In this document: one piece after another, positions 1 to 8,456 of the stretch | Position numbering within the stretch: the stretch's first letter is position 1 | Layout of the letters: every line of letters begins with the position of its first letter | Virus record (IMG/VR): IMGVR_UViG_3300015265_000001 | Location: 1 to 64,000 of that record | Direction: 5' to 3' (one strand) | Length of the DNA: 64,000 nt | Made by a program: the position numbers and the translations under genes | The notes under the pieces: model-generated | Databases searched by the model: none | Told to the model about the DNA's origin: nothing | The model's input: the letters and a program-made list of their open reading frames with translations, nothing else

Positions 1-82
1 GATGGCGGCAGAAACACAACGCGATATCGACAAAGCTGTTGCTGTGTACACTGGCTTCTACGGCCCAATCGATAACTGGTAA
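1..82 (+). CDS. 3' end of a gene entering from the left (…MAAETQRDIDKAVAVYTGFYGPIDNW*)
   Basis: Open frame from position 2 to TAA at 80-82, with phage-like codon usage, followed directly by a long hairpin. Confidence 0.55.
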   Translation, partial: MAAETQRDIDKAVAVYTGFYGPIDNW

Positions 83-89
83 TCCGTTA

Positions 90-123
90 TACTCCTCCTA
101 ACCCACGTGGGTTAGGAGGAGTA
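90..123. terminator. Perfect 34-bp palindrome between convergent genes; putative bidirectional terminator
   Basis: TACTCCTCCTAACCCAC|GTGGGTTAGGAGGAGTA is fully self-complementary and lies between stops at 82 (+) and 133 (-). Confidence 0.75.
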
Positions 124-132
124 CTCTGGTTA

Positions 133-1131
133 TTAGTTTTCTTTTGTTTTCACGCAGCAGCTTTCGATGGATTTAGCCATTTCGCTAACACACTCACGCG
201 TTCTCTCAGCAGTCTTGATGACCGTCATGATGGTCGCCATTACGCGCTTAAGGTCGGTGATCTCTTCGATCAACTCCTGTTTGCTGTACTGACTCTTCTG
301 GAGGCCGTCGATTTTCGCCTGAGTATCCTTGATGGCATGCTCATGCTCAGACTTCATAGCCCGGATTGTCAGAAGGCTGTTGTCTGTAGCTTCGAGACAG
401 CGCTTAGCATGAGAGACCCAGGCCTTGGACTCAGCCAAACCTTTACGTGGCTCCTGCATCCCCGTGAAGCCGTTCAGGAACGTTTGGATGGCACGACCCA
501 ACACTTGACGATCCCCATCAGCCGCCGAGAGTTCTTCCTGACGAGCCTTCAGATCACCGGCCAGCTTGTTGAACTCCTTGGCCACCTGATTCATCTTCGG
601 CTTGTCGATGAGCGATTCGTCAAAGACTTCCTTGATCAGCTGGGTCGCTGTAGCTTTGGCTTTGGCGGGTGCTTCAGCTTTGGCAGTCTCGACTTTCTTC
701 TTGAGTTCCTTTTTCTTTCGGGAGGTCTCTGGGAGTTTGTCGATTTTCTTTTCGATATTGGCGACAACTTGTTTAACGTTCGCTTCAGTCACCTGAGGAG
801 ATTCAACGTCCTTGACCGCGTCTTCCACCGATTTAACGGATGCCTTGGCGGCTTCGGAATCTTCCTTGTTCTTCTTGCCGAAGAAGAAGTCCCAGATGGA
901 CTTGAACATCTTCATGACGTATTGCCAGGCGTTGGCAATACCCGTACCGATTTCACTGAAGAAGCCCTCAGTGCCCGTTACGGAAGAACGAGTGATCTCG
1001 GCACCGTCCAGTACGCCGATAACGTAAAGTTGAGCACGGGAGAGGTCAAGGCTCTCAGTGCCGGTAAGCGAATCCAGGATGCCATCCATCATGGTTTCTA
1101 CGTGACTTACTTCTGGGAGTTCTTCGTACAT
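133..1131 (-). CDS. Putative virion head/inner-body protein with a protease-cleaved propeptide
   Basis: 332 aa, helical and Lys/Glu-rich. The acidic N-terminus has TGTE|S (E26) and TGTE|G (E55), followed by an amphipathic 'GFFSEIG..IANAWQYVMKMFKSIWDFFFG' segment typical of phiKZ-family processed head proteins. Confidence 0.6.
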   Translation of the reverse strand: MYEELPEVSHVETMMDGILDSLTGTESLDLSRAQLYVIGVLDGAEITRSSVTGTEGFFSEIGTGIANAWQYVMKMFKSIWDFFFGKKNKEDSEAAKASVKSVEDAVKDVESPQVTEANVKQVVANIEKKIDKLPETSRKKKELKKKVETAKAEAPAKAKATATQLIKEVFDESLIDKPKMNQVAKEFNKLAGDLKARQEELSAADGDRQVLGRAIQTFLNGFTGMQEPRKGLAESKAWVSHAKRCLEATDNSLLTIRAMKSEHEHAIKDTQAKIDGLQKSQYSKQELIEEITDLKRVMATIMTVIKTAERTRECVSEMAKSIESCCVKTKEN

Positions 1132-1141
1132 CGCTTAGTCC

Positions 1142-3988
1142 TTAACAAAAGAGGGAAAGGACGCCGTTGCTCATTTGCAGTGGGCGGCCAATAGGTTCGT
1201 CGCTAATATCCAGGCACTCTTCACCCGTCACGTTGGCAAACGCCACCTGACCGTCCATACGACCCATCAAGACGTCCACCTGTTCTTTACTCCAGGCAAG
1301 GATGTCCAGACTGCGTGTGGTGATGTTGAGCTTGTTACCGGTGTCCATATCCAACATACGGAAGAAGCATTGAGTTGCGTCTTGGCCCGTACGCCAGATA
1401 CGACCTTTTACTTGTCGCAATTCGTTTTCCCTGAACGGGGAATCCAGTCCAATGATCTGGTTAGCCATTAGCAACGGGTAACCTTCTTTCAGACTATTGT
1501 ACACAGCTACCAGTGGGTTGGTCTTAGGGTCTTCATCGAACTGCTTGATGGTAGGTTCCCGATCACTGCTGTTCTCACCGTACACCGATACAGGCTTGTA
1601 GCCCTGGGCAGACAGATAGTCAACCGAGAGTTTCAAGGCTTCCACGTAAGAAGTAAAGATTACGGTCTTCTTCTCAACGTCGTCGATGAACTTAGGCAAC
1701 TCAGCGTACGCAATCAGATCTTTAATCGCATTGATGCGAGCACGACCCAATACGTTACCCAAAGCCTCACCACGGATCTTCAATGCCAAGTACTTAACAG
1801 CCGATTTCACATTACGGAACTCAGCCAGTTCAGGACCTTTAAGACCGCGCTCGATATCCTCCTCTACAGCCTTACAGAAGGCGCTGTCAGCCGCGTCCGT
1901 GAAGTTGTTATACCCTTGGGAGCGGAACCGATTAACGATCGCCTTGTAGCGTTGTAGAGCGGCCAGCTCTTTAGGCTGTTTGAGGATCGTAAACTCATAG
2001 CGCTGGACAACATCGTTATAGAACACGATAAAGTCGGCCATGTGTGCATTGTAGAAACGGACTCGGTCTACAATGTAGGTCTGCATCTCCAGACGGATAG
2101 CATCAAGCGTGTACTTTTCCCCGTTAGGGATTTTAACCTTGATGATCTCAAACGGAGGAGGATCACCCATACCAGCCAGTTCGGGGATCGAGAACTTACC
2201 TCGACCAATACGGTTGGCCAACAATGCCATCAACGCAGGACGGTTACGTCCATAGCTCGCCATGAAGAACTCTCTGGCGGTCTTGTCGAAGTGTTTGTCG
2301 ATAAGGCAGGTGATAGGGAAGATCTCACTCCCAAGCGCCTTCAGCGGCGTCCCAGACATCGGTAGCGCATCTTCAAACAACCCATCATCAGCTAACTCAA
2401 CCAAGCGACGAGTTTGCTTAGACTTAATGTCGTTGAAGTTATGCGACTCATCGAGGATAAGGGAAAACTTCGCCTTGTTACGCTTCATCGCCTCATTGAA
2501 CCACTTACGCAGATGATCGTAGTGATTGCCCTGGAGGAACTCGTAGTGGATGATGTAGTAGTCGTAATCGTCTGTTAGCAAACGACCCGACGTAGACGTC
2601 CACACGCGCGGCATCTCCTTCATGCGTTTCGTCATATTGCCAATCCAAACTTCCTCCACAATGTTCAGAGGGCAAATGATGATGCATTTGTTATCGCTAA
2701 CCAGCACCGACCACATCAGTGACGTCACGGTGTTGTGAGTGACGATCCAGTTATCAACAATGTAGAGATGGTCTTCACTGTCAATGCTGATGCAGGCTGT
2801 TTCGATCTGAGGCTGCTGCTGGATGGCCACGATCTTCAGCTTAAGCTTCATGTACTGGGTAACGTCGAGGATATTCCCCAGCGACTCCAGTATTAAACTG
2901 TCGACCAGCCACACCATATCACGGTGCTTGAAGTTAACCTTATACAGGTCTCCAAAGGGTTCAAGGTTAGCAACCCCTCCCAAGCTCCAGATAACCTTCT
3001 GGAAGTTGCTGGCCCCGTAAGCGTTGTCCGTAATAACTGACACGCCTACCTCGGACAGATGGCACCCTGATTGCTCGATCATGTGCTTAGCAATCTGACG
3101 ACGATCCACGTAGGAAAGTTCTGTCACTGGGTGTGCCATATGTATACCAGCAGTCAGCAGACCCGTGGCAATCTGTACCAGGTCCAGGCCGGATGGTTCT
3201 ACTGTGTCACCTACATCCCCTACCAACGGGATATGGTAACTGAACTGATCGAAGTGGTTAACGATGTCTTTGGTAGTGGTTACGTGGGTTTGTCCCACGG
3301 CATTACCATCTTCGTCAAACCCTGACTCGGCCACTTCCCACAGGTGCAATGGATGGGAGTCAGCAGTACGGCCGTCTTCAAAGGTAAAGCGGAAACTCTC
3401 GGTCACACCTTGGGGGAAGTAACCTGTGACATTGGCAACGTTCCCTTTGGGTCCTATCACCTGGTCACCTATCTTAAGGTCACCAAGACGTTTCCAGCCG
3501 CCCGGTACCTTTACCTGTGTACTCAGGGGCATTGCCTTACCACTACCCACCGCAGCATCCAGCAGCAATCCTTTAAGGTGATAGCTGGGTTTAACGATGG
3601 GGTATTGTTCCAGGAACTCACGTTGTTTAGGGAAAGGAGTAACGTTAAAACGCTCCAGTTTCTTGAAGTCGAACTGTTTACCTACGGGGTTGACAGTATC
3701 TTTAATCCAGGTTTCAGTTTCCAGCAGGTGTTTTAATTCTGCCAGCTCTCTACGACGACTACGAAGATTACGAACCTTTAGCAGTTCACCCAGGGCGATG
3801 TGTAATTCCACCAGAAAGAAGTTATGAACCTTGATGGTGTCCCAGGTCTCTCTACGGATCTGCCATTTGGTGATCAGTGAGCTGCTGTAGAACTTTTCGA
3901 TGTCTCGTGCTAGTGCGCCGTATGAAACTCCTGTGATATGTACATACACCCCAGTTTGCTTTACAGCAACTGAAAAGAAGTTAAACAT
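1142..3988 (-). CDS. SF2 (SNF2/DEAD-like) helicase, intein-containing
   Basis: Walker A AVGSGK|T is split by an intein. Also present: ILDESH (motif II), MSGTP (motif III), SLKEGYPL (V) and QVKGRIWRTGQ (VI). Start reassigned to ATG at 3988, which has a GGAGG RBS. Confidence 0.9.
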   Translation of the reverse strand: MFNFFSVAVKQTGVYVHITGVSYGALARDIEKFYSSSLITKWQIRRETWDTIKVHNFFLVELHIALGELLKVRNLRSRRRELAELKHLLETETWIKDTVNPVGKQFDFKKLERFNVTPFPKQREFLEQYPIVKPSYHLKGLLLDAAVGSGKAMPLSTQVKVPGGWKRLGDLKIGDQVIGPKGNVANVTGYFPQGVTESFRFTFEDGRTADSHPLHLWEVAESGFDEDGNAVGQTHVTTTKDIVNHFDQFSYHIPLVGDVGDTVEPSGLDLVQIATGLLTAGIHMAHPVTELSYVDRRQIAKHMIEQSGCHLSEVGVSVITDNAYGASNFQKVIWSLGGVANLEPFGDLYKVNFKHRDMVWLVDSLILESLGNILDVTQYMKLKLKIVAIQQQPQIETACISIDSEDHLYIVDNWIVTHNTVTSLMWSVLVSDNKCIIICPLNIVEEVWIGNMTKRMKEMPRVWTSTSGRLLTDDYDYYIIHYEFLQGNHYDHLRKWFNEAMKRNKAKFSLILDESHNFNDIKSKQTRRLVELADDGLFEDALPMSGTPLKALGSEIFPITCLIDKHFDKTAREFFMASYGRNRPALMALLANRIGRGKFSIPELAGMGDPPPFEIIKVKIPNGEKYTLDAIRLEMQTYIVDRVRFYNAHMADFIVFYNDVVQRYEFTILKQPKELAALQRYKAIVNRFRSQGYNNFTDAADSAFCKAVEEDIERGLKGPELAEFRNVKSAVKYLALKIRGEALGNVLGRARINAIKDLIAYAELPKFIDDVEKKTVIFTSYVEALKLSVDYLSAQGYKPVSVYGENSSDREPTIKQFDEDPKTNPLVAVYNSLKEGYPLLMANQIIGLDSPFRENELRQVKGRIWRTGQDATQCFFRMLDMDTGNKLNITTRSLDILAWSKEQVDVLMGRMDGQVAFANVTGEECLDISDEPIGRPLQMSNGVLSLFC
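2732..3535 (-). mobile_element. Class-3 intein (268 aa, Ala1) in the helicase Walker A, with a decayed LAGLIDADG remnant
   Basis: GK|AMPLSTQVKVPGGWKRLGDLKIGDQV…SHPLHLW…ETACISIDSEDHLYIVDNWIVTHN|T. It shows the block B Trp, block F Cys and block G Thr (WCT motif) and the HN|T splice junction. Confidence 0.9.
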
Positions 3989-4029
3989 GAACTGCCTCCG
4001 ATGGCACCCATTTAAAAAGAGGGAAAGTG

Positions 4030-5769
4030 ATGAGCGAAGAAAAGAAAAGTGCTGATGCCAGTATCGGTTACGTCCACCCTGATGCCTCCTACGAGACCGG
4101 TATGGCGAATGGCTTTGTAGGGACTGACGAAGAATGGCACACGTTGGTTGAAGAAACCCGAGCCAATGCACCGAAAGAAGGTTACATCGAAAAGATGGAG
4201 GGTGGCATCCCTGTAGCACTTACGATGGACCAAGGGCTGGCTGATCTTGTACAGCTGCCTGTCGGCACAGAAGACCAGTACAACTGCATCACCGCGCTGT
4301 CCCCGGAAGAACAAGGTATCGCCATTGCCAAAGCAGCGGCCGGCGAACCTTGCATCGGTACGTTCATCCTGCTCGATCCAGAAACCGGTAAGCCGGTAAA
4401 AGTCCACAAAGACTTCTTCAAGGTTGAAACTCACACCCCTGAAAGCTCGAAGGAGCTGTTGAAGGAAATGACCACGCCAAAAGAAGGCCAAGACACCGCC
4501 ACGCTTGCAGTCGGCCAGGTAGAAAGCTTCGCCAGTTCCACCAAAGAAGCCGACATTTCCGGCATGCTTGCAAAAGCAGTGCATTCCCTGCCACAGATCT
4601 TCCCGAATCGCGACAACTGTATTACTGTTCCGGTTGGCTGTCTGATCAAGTTCTTCATGCTGGCGGTTAACGACGTCCCGTTCACCAAAGTGGTTCACGA
4701 TCCTCGTATTGAGCTGGCCTACCCGGTCGACCTGCGTATTTTCCGTTATGAGGGCATGGACGGTGATCAGCCAGTGACATGGTTCCGCTTCCAGGTCGGA
4801 GAAGTCTCTCGCTCATTCGTTGTATTGAGCAAGGATGTTCCTGCGTTCTTCGCCGCAATGAGTGGTGACGAACCGATGAAGTGGACTCATCAACGTCGTC
4901 AGTCGGCGAAAGGTTTCAACCTCAATGTAACCCAGGCGCCTATAGAGTTGCCGCTGTCCTTCTTCCCGATGGACTTCAGCAAAGGGCCGATGGACGAACT
5001 CTTTGACGGTGACTTTATCCTGGTTGCCGAGGTCAACGAGCGCCTGAACGAAGACCTGCGTGTGCGCCTGGCAGAACTGAATCGCCTGGCGGTGAAACTG
5101 GCGGATCTGATCCCTCAGAAAGACCACGACCTGTACCTCAGCTTCAAAGGGGTAGACGGTCTGAAGAAGATGAACGTAGCGCTGGATCGCGTTTATCCTC
5201 GTCTGCCGGAATCCGGTGAAATCGTTCTGGGCGATGATCCAATCAACCTGTTCGATTGGACCGACTACAGCAAAGTGGTTCAGGTCAACGTTAAACGTAT
5301 CAGCCACGGTACGCGTCAGATCAACCGCATGTTCGAGAAGTACCGCGCGATGATCAACCCGCATCCGATGGTTCAGGCGATCTTTGATACCAACCTCAAA
5401 GAACAGCTGATGGCCTCCAGTCACTTCCTCAACCGTGTGTATGGCTTCTCTGCGGCATACGGCGTGAAGTACATGGAAGAAGTCGCCAACGAAGTTATCG
5501 GCAAGCTGAACGCTCACGGCGGTAACATCGGTCTGGATCTGAACGAGTGGGTCGTTTACGAGTACCACGAAGAAGGTCGTCCAACTCCGATTGAAAACGA
5601 AGAGCTGGACTTCAAGAAGCAGATCCTCAACAGCTACACGCAGAGCTTCGTAGATGCTCTCTACGGTTACCTGTTGGATGTGCAAAGTCCGTACATTCGT
5701 CCGTACACCTACCGCACTGTAGTGTCGGGCGATGACGGCATTGAAGTTGGGACGATTCGTCAGGTGTAA
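4030..5769 (+). CDS. Hypothetical protein (579 aa)
   Basis: Long ORF with strongly biased phage codon usage, a GAGGG RBS and a downstream hairpin. Confidence 0.85.
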   Translation: MSEEKKSADASIGYVHPDASYETGMANGFVGTDEEWHTLVEETRANAPKEGYIEKMEGGIPVALTMDQGLADLVQLPVGTEDQYNCITALSPEEQGIAIAKAAAGEPCIGTFILLDPETGKPVKVHKDFFKVETHTPESSKELLKEMTTPKEGQDTATLAVGQVESFASSTKEADISGMLAKAVHSLPQIFPNRDNCITVPVGCLIKFFMLAVNDVPFTKVVHDPRIELAYPVDLRIFRYEGMDGDQPVTWFRFQVGEVSRSFVVLSKDVPAFFAAMSGDEPMKWTHQRRQSAKGFNLNVTQAPIELPLSFFPMDFSKGPMDELFDGDFILVAEVNERLNEDLRVRLAELNRLAVKLADLIPQKDHDLYLSFKGVDGLKKMNVALDRVYPRLPESGEIVLGDDPINLFDWTDYSKVVQVNVKRISHGTRQINRMFEKYRAMINPHPMVQAIFDTNLKEQLMASSHFLNRVYGFSAAYGVKYMEEVANEVIGKLNAHGGNIGLDLNEWVVYEYHEEGRPTPIENEELDFKKQILNSYTQSFVDALYGYLLDVQSPYIRPYTYRTVVSGDDGIEVGTIRQV

Positions 5770-5779
5770 ACCACGACTA

Positions 5780-5811
5780 CCTCTAACAGCCCCCGCAAGG
5801 GCTGTTAGAGG
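5780..5811. terminator. 13-bp hairpin between convergent genes, followed by TTATGGCTGC
   Basis: CCTCTAACAGCCC-ccgcaa-GGGCTGTTAGAGG. Confidence 0.75.
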
Positions 5812-5824
5812 CGTTATGGCTGCT

Positions 5825-6565
5825 TCAGGGTACTGGGATAGGTGGAAGACCAGCCGCCACCAATGCCTCGTTAGCGCTTGCCAGCGCCGCCTGAGTCGCA
5901 GTGAGTTTGGTCTGGGTTGTAGCGAGGGTGTTCTTGGTAGTGATCAGATCGCTTTCCAGTTTACCGATATAGGCATCCTTGTTGGCAATCTGTTGCGTCA
6001 ACGCTCGGACCTTGGCTACATCATTACTGGAATCAGTGATGTTATCCTTACGAGTATTCTCATACGCGTCGGCTTGAGCCTGGCTCACGTAACCCACCGT
6101 TGGAATGGTCCCCAAACGGATAGTCGACGTAACCCCCAGCGTAGCAGCAATGTACTGCTTGGTGTGATCCAGCACTTGTTGCATGGCGTCTCGCATGAAA
6201 GGCGGTACAGGGCCCAGAGAAGCGACCATGCACATGTTCTCATACGACACACCGTCTACCAATGGGAACGACGTCAGGTAAGTGGTAGGAACATAAACTG
6301 GAACCCCATTACGGTCCAGCAATGCGCAGATAATAGCTCCGTCGGCTTTGGCACGTTTGAGTACAGTTGGGAAGTCTTCAGCAGTCACCCCAACTGGTGC
6401 AAACACCAGACTGTAGACATCCAGCTTGGCGCCTTCCATCTCGTGGATGGTACGGGTAGCCTCTACCGTGTAATAGGTAGACTGATTAACAATCTGGTCA
6501 AACGGCGCTGCCGCCTCGAAGCGACCCGCGGCATTAATAGCCGGGATCATGTTTTGATCAGCCAT
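5825..6565 (-). CDS. Putative virion structural protein with a C-terminal coiled coil
   Basis: 246 aa, closely spaced behind the upstream structural gene; C-terminal heptad-like helix. Confidence 0.6.
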   Translation of the reverse strand: MADQNMIPAINAAGRFEAAAPFDQIVNQSTYYTVEATRTIHEMEGAKLDVYSLVFAPVGVTAEDFPTVLKRAKADGAIICALLDRNGVPVYVPTTYLTSFPLVDGVSYENMCMVASLGPVPPFMRDAMQQVLDHTKQYIAATLGVTSTIRLGTIPTVGYVSQAQADAYENTRKDNITDSSNDVAKVRALTQQIANKDAYIGKLESDLITTKNTLATTQTKLTATQAALASANEALVAAGLPPIPVP

Positions 6566-6567
6566 GG

Positions 6568-7911
6568 TTAGTTACTCACTACACCGTCTTGCAGCATTTG
6601 CCAGCGCGTCATGACCAGGATTTTCACCTTGCCAATACGACGAGCCACGTAGACCTTGCCGAAACGTTCGATCCGAGTGATGCCCTGAGGCGGCAGGCTG
6701 ATAGGGGTTACCACTTCAGCAGCAGCCAGCAGGTTCTCCATCTGACGAACGAATTCCATCGTGACGTCAGACATCAGACCGAAGTCTGGGTCGAGTGGAG
6801 AGATCATCGAATAATCCGGGAACAACGCAGTGATTTTCTCCATTCCTGCACGGTTGTTCAACTTAGCCACGAAGGCGCAGTTGAGCGACTTATACATGAA
6901 AGGAACCATCTGCATGGATTTTATGACGTGGTCTGACGTCATGTTCGGAGTCAGGTACTTGTCTACCAACACCATCATGGTTTCACGATCGGTGATTGGC
7001 GAGAACTGTTTTGCACCGTTGGCCTTGTTCAGCAAGCCATAGCGGTCAAAGCTCGGAATGACGTACCATTCCAACGGGTTGAACAGGTCCGGGATCTTCT
7101 CTTCCCAACGGTCACGACCGTAGATGGAGTGATCAAGGATCTCTTGTTGCAGTTGATCGAACAGCTGATCTTCTGCATCTTTACCGTTACCCCACCAGAT
7201 ATAGGTCCAGCTACCGACGTTGTAGCTTGGGGTGTTAATGAGGTCCATGATCTGGAACTCCAACACATCCCGGTCGGTATAGGGCCAGGCACTGTCGTTG
7301 TTCAGTGTCTTCAGGCGGTCTTCGATGACCTTAGGGGTTTCCAGCTTCAACCGTTTTTCAATCTGGTTGTAGTTGGCTTCCATCAGGAAGTCCATCTCAT
7401 CCAGCGGAAGAGGGTGGACGGCGGTGAACTTGACCCGTGGGAACTGATCCTGGAAATAGGCGTCAGCAAACCACAGGTAGAACTCTTGACGCTCACCCCC
7501 TACCAGATGCGCGCCTTGCACAAAGCTTGGCAACCAGATGGTGTTGTCGGTGACCATTTCGCCAACATCGGTAATTTCGATGTTGTTCGAGAAGTTGGCT
7601 TGCAGCAGGGCGAGAGTGTTTGGACGACTGCTGGTAATATTACCCAGCTTCGCTTGCGCATACAGCCAGTCGCTGATGTTGATCTGTACCAAGGCAATAT
7701 CGCTTGGCATCTTGATTTCAACGTCATCTTTCAGGCTGAGGAAGTTGACCAACTCAGTAACCGTAGCTGCGTCAGTACGGGTAAAGGTACCAGGGTCTTT
7801 CTGATAGCTCCTGGATTTATTGGAGAGTTCGCCCATTGGAGCAGCGTTCTCTGGATTGTTGTTATAAAGGGGTGATATACTTCCGAAAGACAAAAACATT
7901 GTAACGCTCAT
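6568..7911 (-). CDS. Putative virion structural protein (phiKZ gp157-like by synteny)
   Basis: 447 aa with a GAGG RBS. Its position next to the RNase H-like/UvsX block matches the phiKZ-family layout; W-E-x-x-x-P-D-L-F motif. Confidence 0.6.
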   Translation of the reverse strand: MSVTMFLSFGSISPLYNNNPENAAPMGELSNKSRSYQKDPGTFTRTDAATVTELVNFLSLKDDVEIKMPSDIALVQINISDWLYAQAKLGNITSSRPNTLALLQANFSNNIEITDVGEMVTDNTIWLPSFVQGAHLVGGERQEFYLWFADAYFQDQFPRVKFTAVHPLPLDEMDFLMEANYNQIEKRLKLETPKVIEDRLKTLNNDSAWPYTDRDVLEFQIMDLINTPSYNVGSWTYIWWGNGKDAEDQLFDQLQQEILDHSIYGRDRWEEKIPDLFNPLEWYVIPSFDRYGLLNKANGAKQFSPITDRETMMVLVDKYLTPNMTSDHVIKSMQMVPFMYKSLNCAFVAKLNNRAGMEKITALFPDYSMISPLDPDFGLMSDVTMEFVRQMENLLAAAEVVTPISLPPQGITRIERFGKVYVARRIGKVKILVMTRWQMLQDGVVSN

Positions 7912-7943
7912 AAACTCTCACCTCTTCAGTAAGGAATGGTCCC

Positions 7944-8396
7944 ATGTTAGCGGTCTTTAGAGAGCTAACCAACAGATCTATAGAATTTGTACTCTCGTTG
8001 ACAAAGGGTGAAACACTTGAAGAGCAATTAACATCGGCCCTGAAGACCTTGATTTTCCTGGTTACCGTACTCATGTTTGTATCGACCAGTCTTGCGATTG
8101 CGAACTTCAACATGAGGACAGAGCTGGCGGATATGGAGGTGGGTATTTCTAAAGTTAACCTTTTGTTCGATGGGGATAACGGTGGGCCTATTAAAGGGTT
8201 CATTCGCATCAACGACATGCTGGCAGGTCAGAACATGGCCTTAAAGCAAGAAAATATCCTTTTCCTCAAGACTAACGCTCGTCTGCTCGAACAAAACCGT
8301 TGGTTGCGTTTGCAGCTTATCCAAGCACTGGACGAGAACATCCTCTTGCGGAAAAACAACAGTGTGCTGATGTTGAAGGTTCTGAAAAGTCCGTGA
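7944..8396 (+). CDS. Membrane-anchored coiled-coil protein
   Basis: One hydrophobic segment (LIFLVTVLMFVSTSLAIA) followed by Leu-heptad helices; AAGGA RBS. Confidence 0.7.
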   Translation: MLAVFRELTNRSIEFVLSLTKGETLEEQLTSALKTLIFLVTVLMFVSTSLAIANFNMRTELADMEVGISKVNLLFDGDNGGPIKGFIRINDMLAGQNMALKQENILFLKTNARLLEQNRWLRLQLIQALDENILLRKNNSVLMLKVLKSP

Positions 8397-8456
8397 TGTG
8401 AATCTTCACCCGGGAGCTCATTAATGTGTAACTACACCTCTTAAGGGCACATCACA

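Noticed and set aside
3989-4219. N-terminal extension of the helicase ORF given in the track
   Set aside because: It overlaps the divergent gene. ATG 3988 has a GGAGG RBS and gives a sensible start. The same reasoning applies to the track starts at 16479, 39476, 39996 and 44476, which fall in terminators, promoters or leader sequence.
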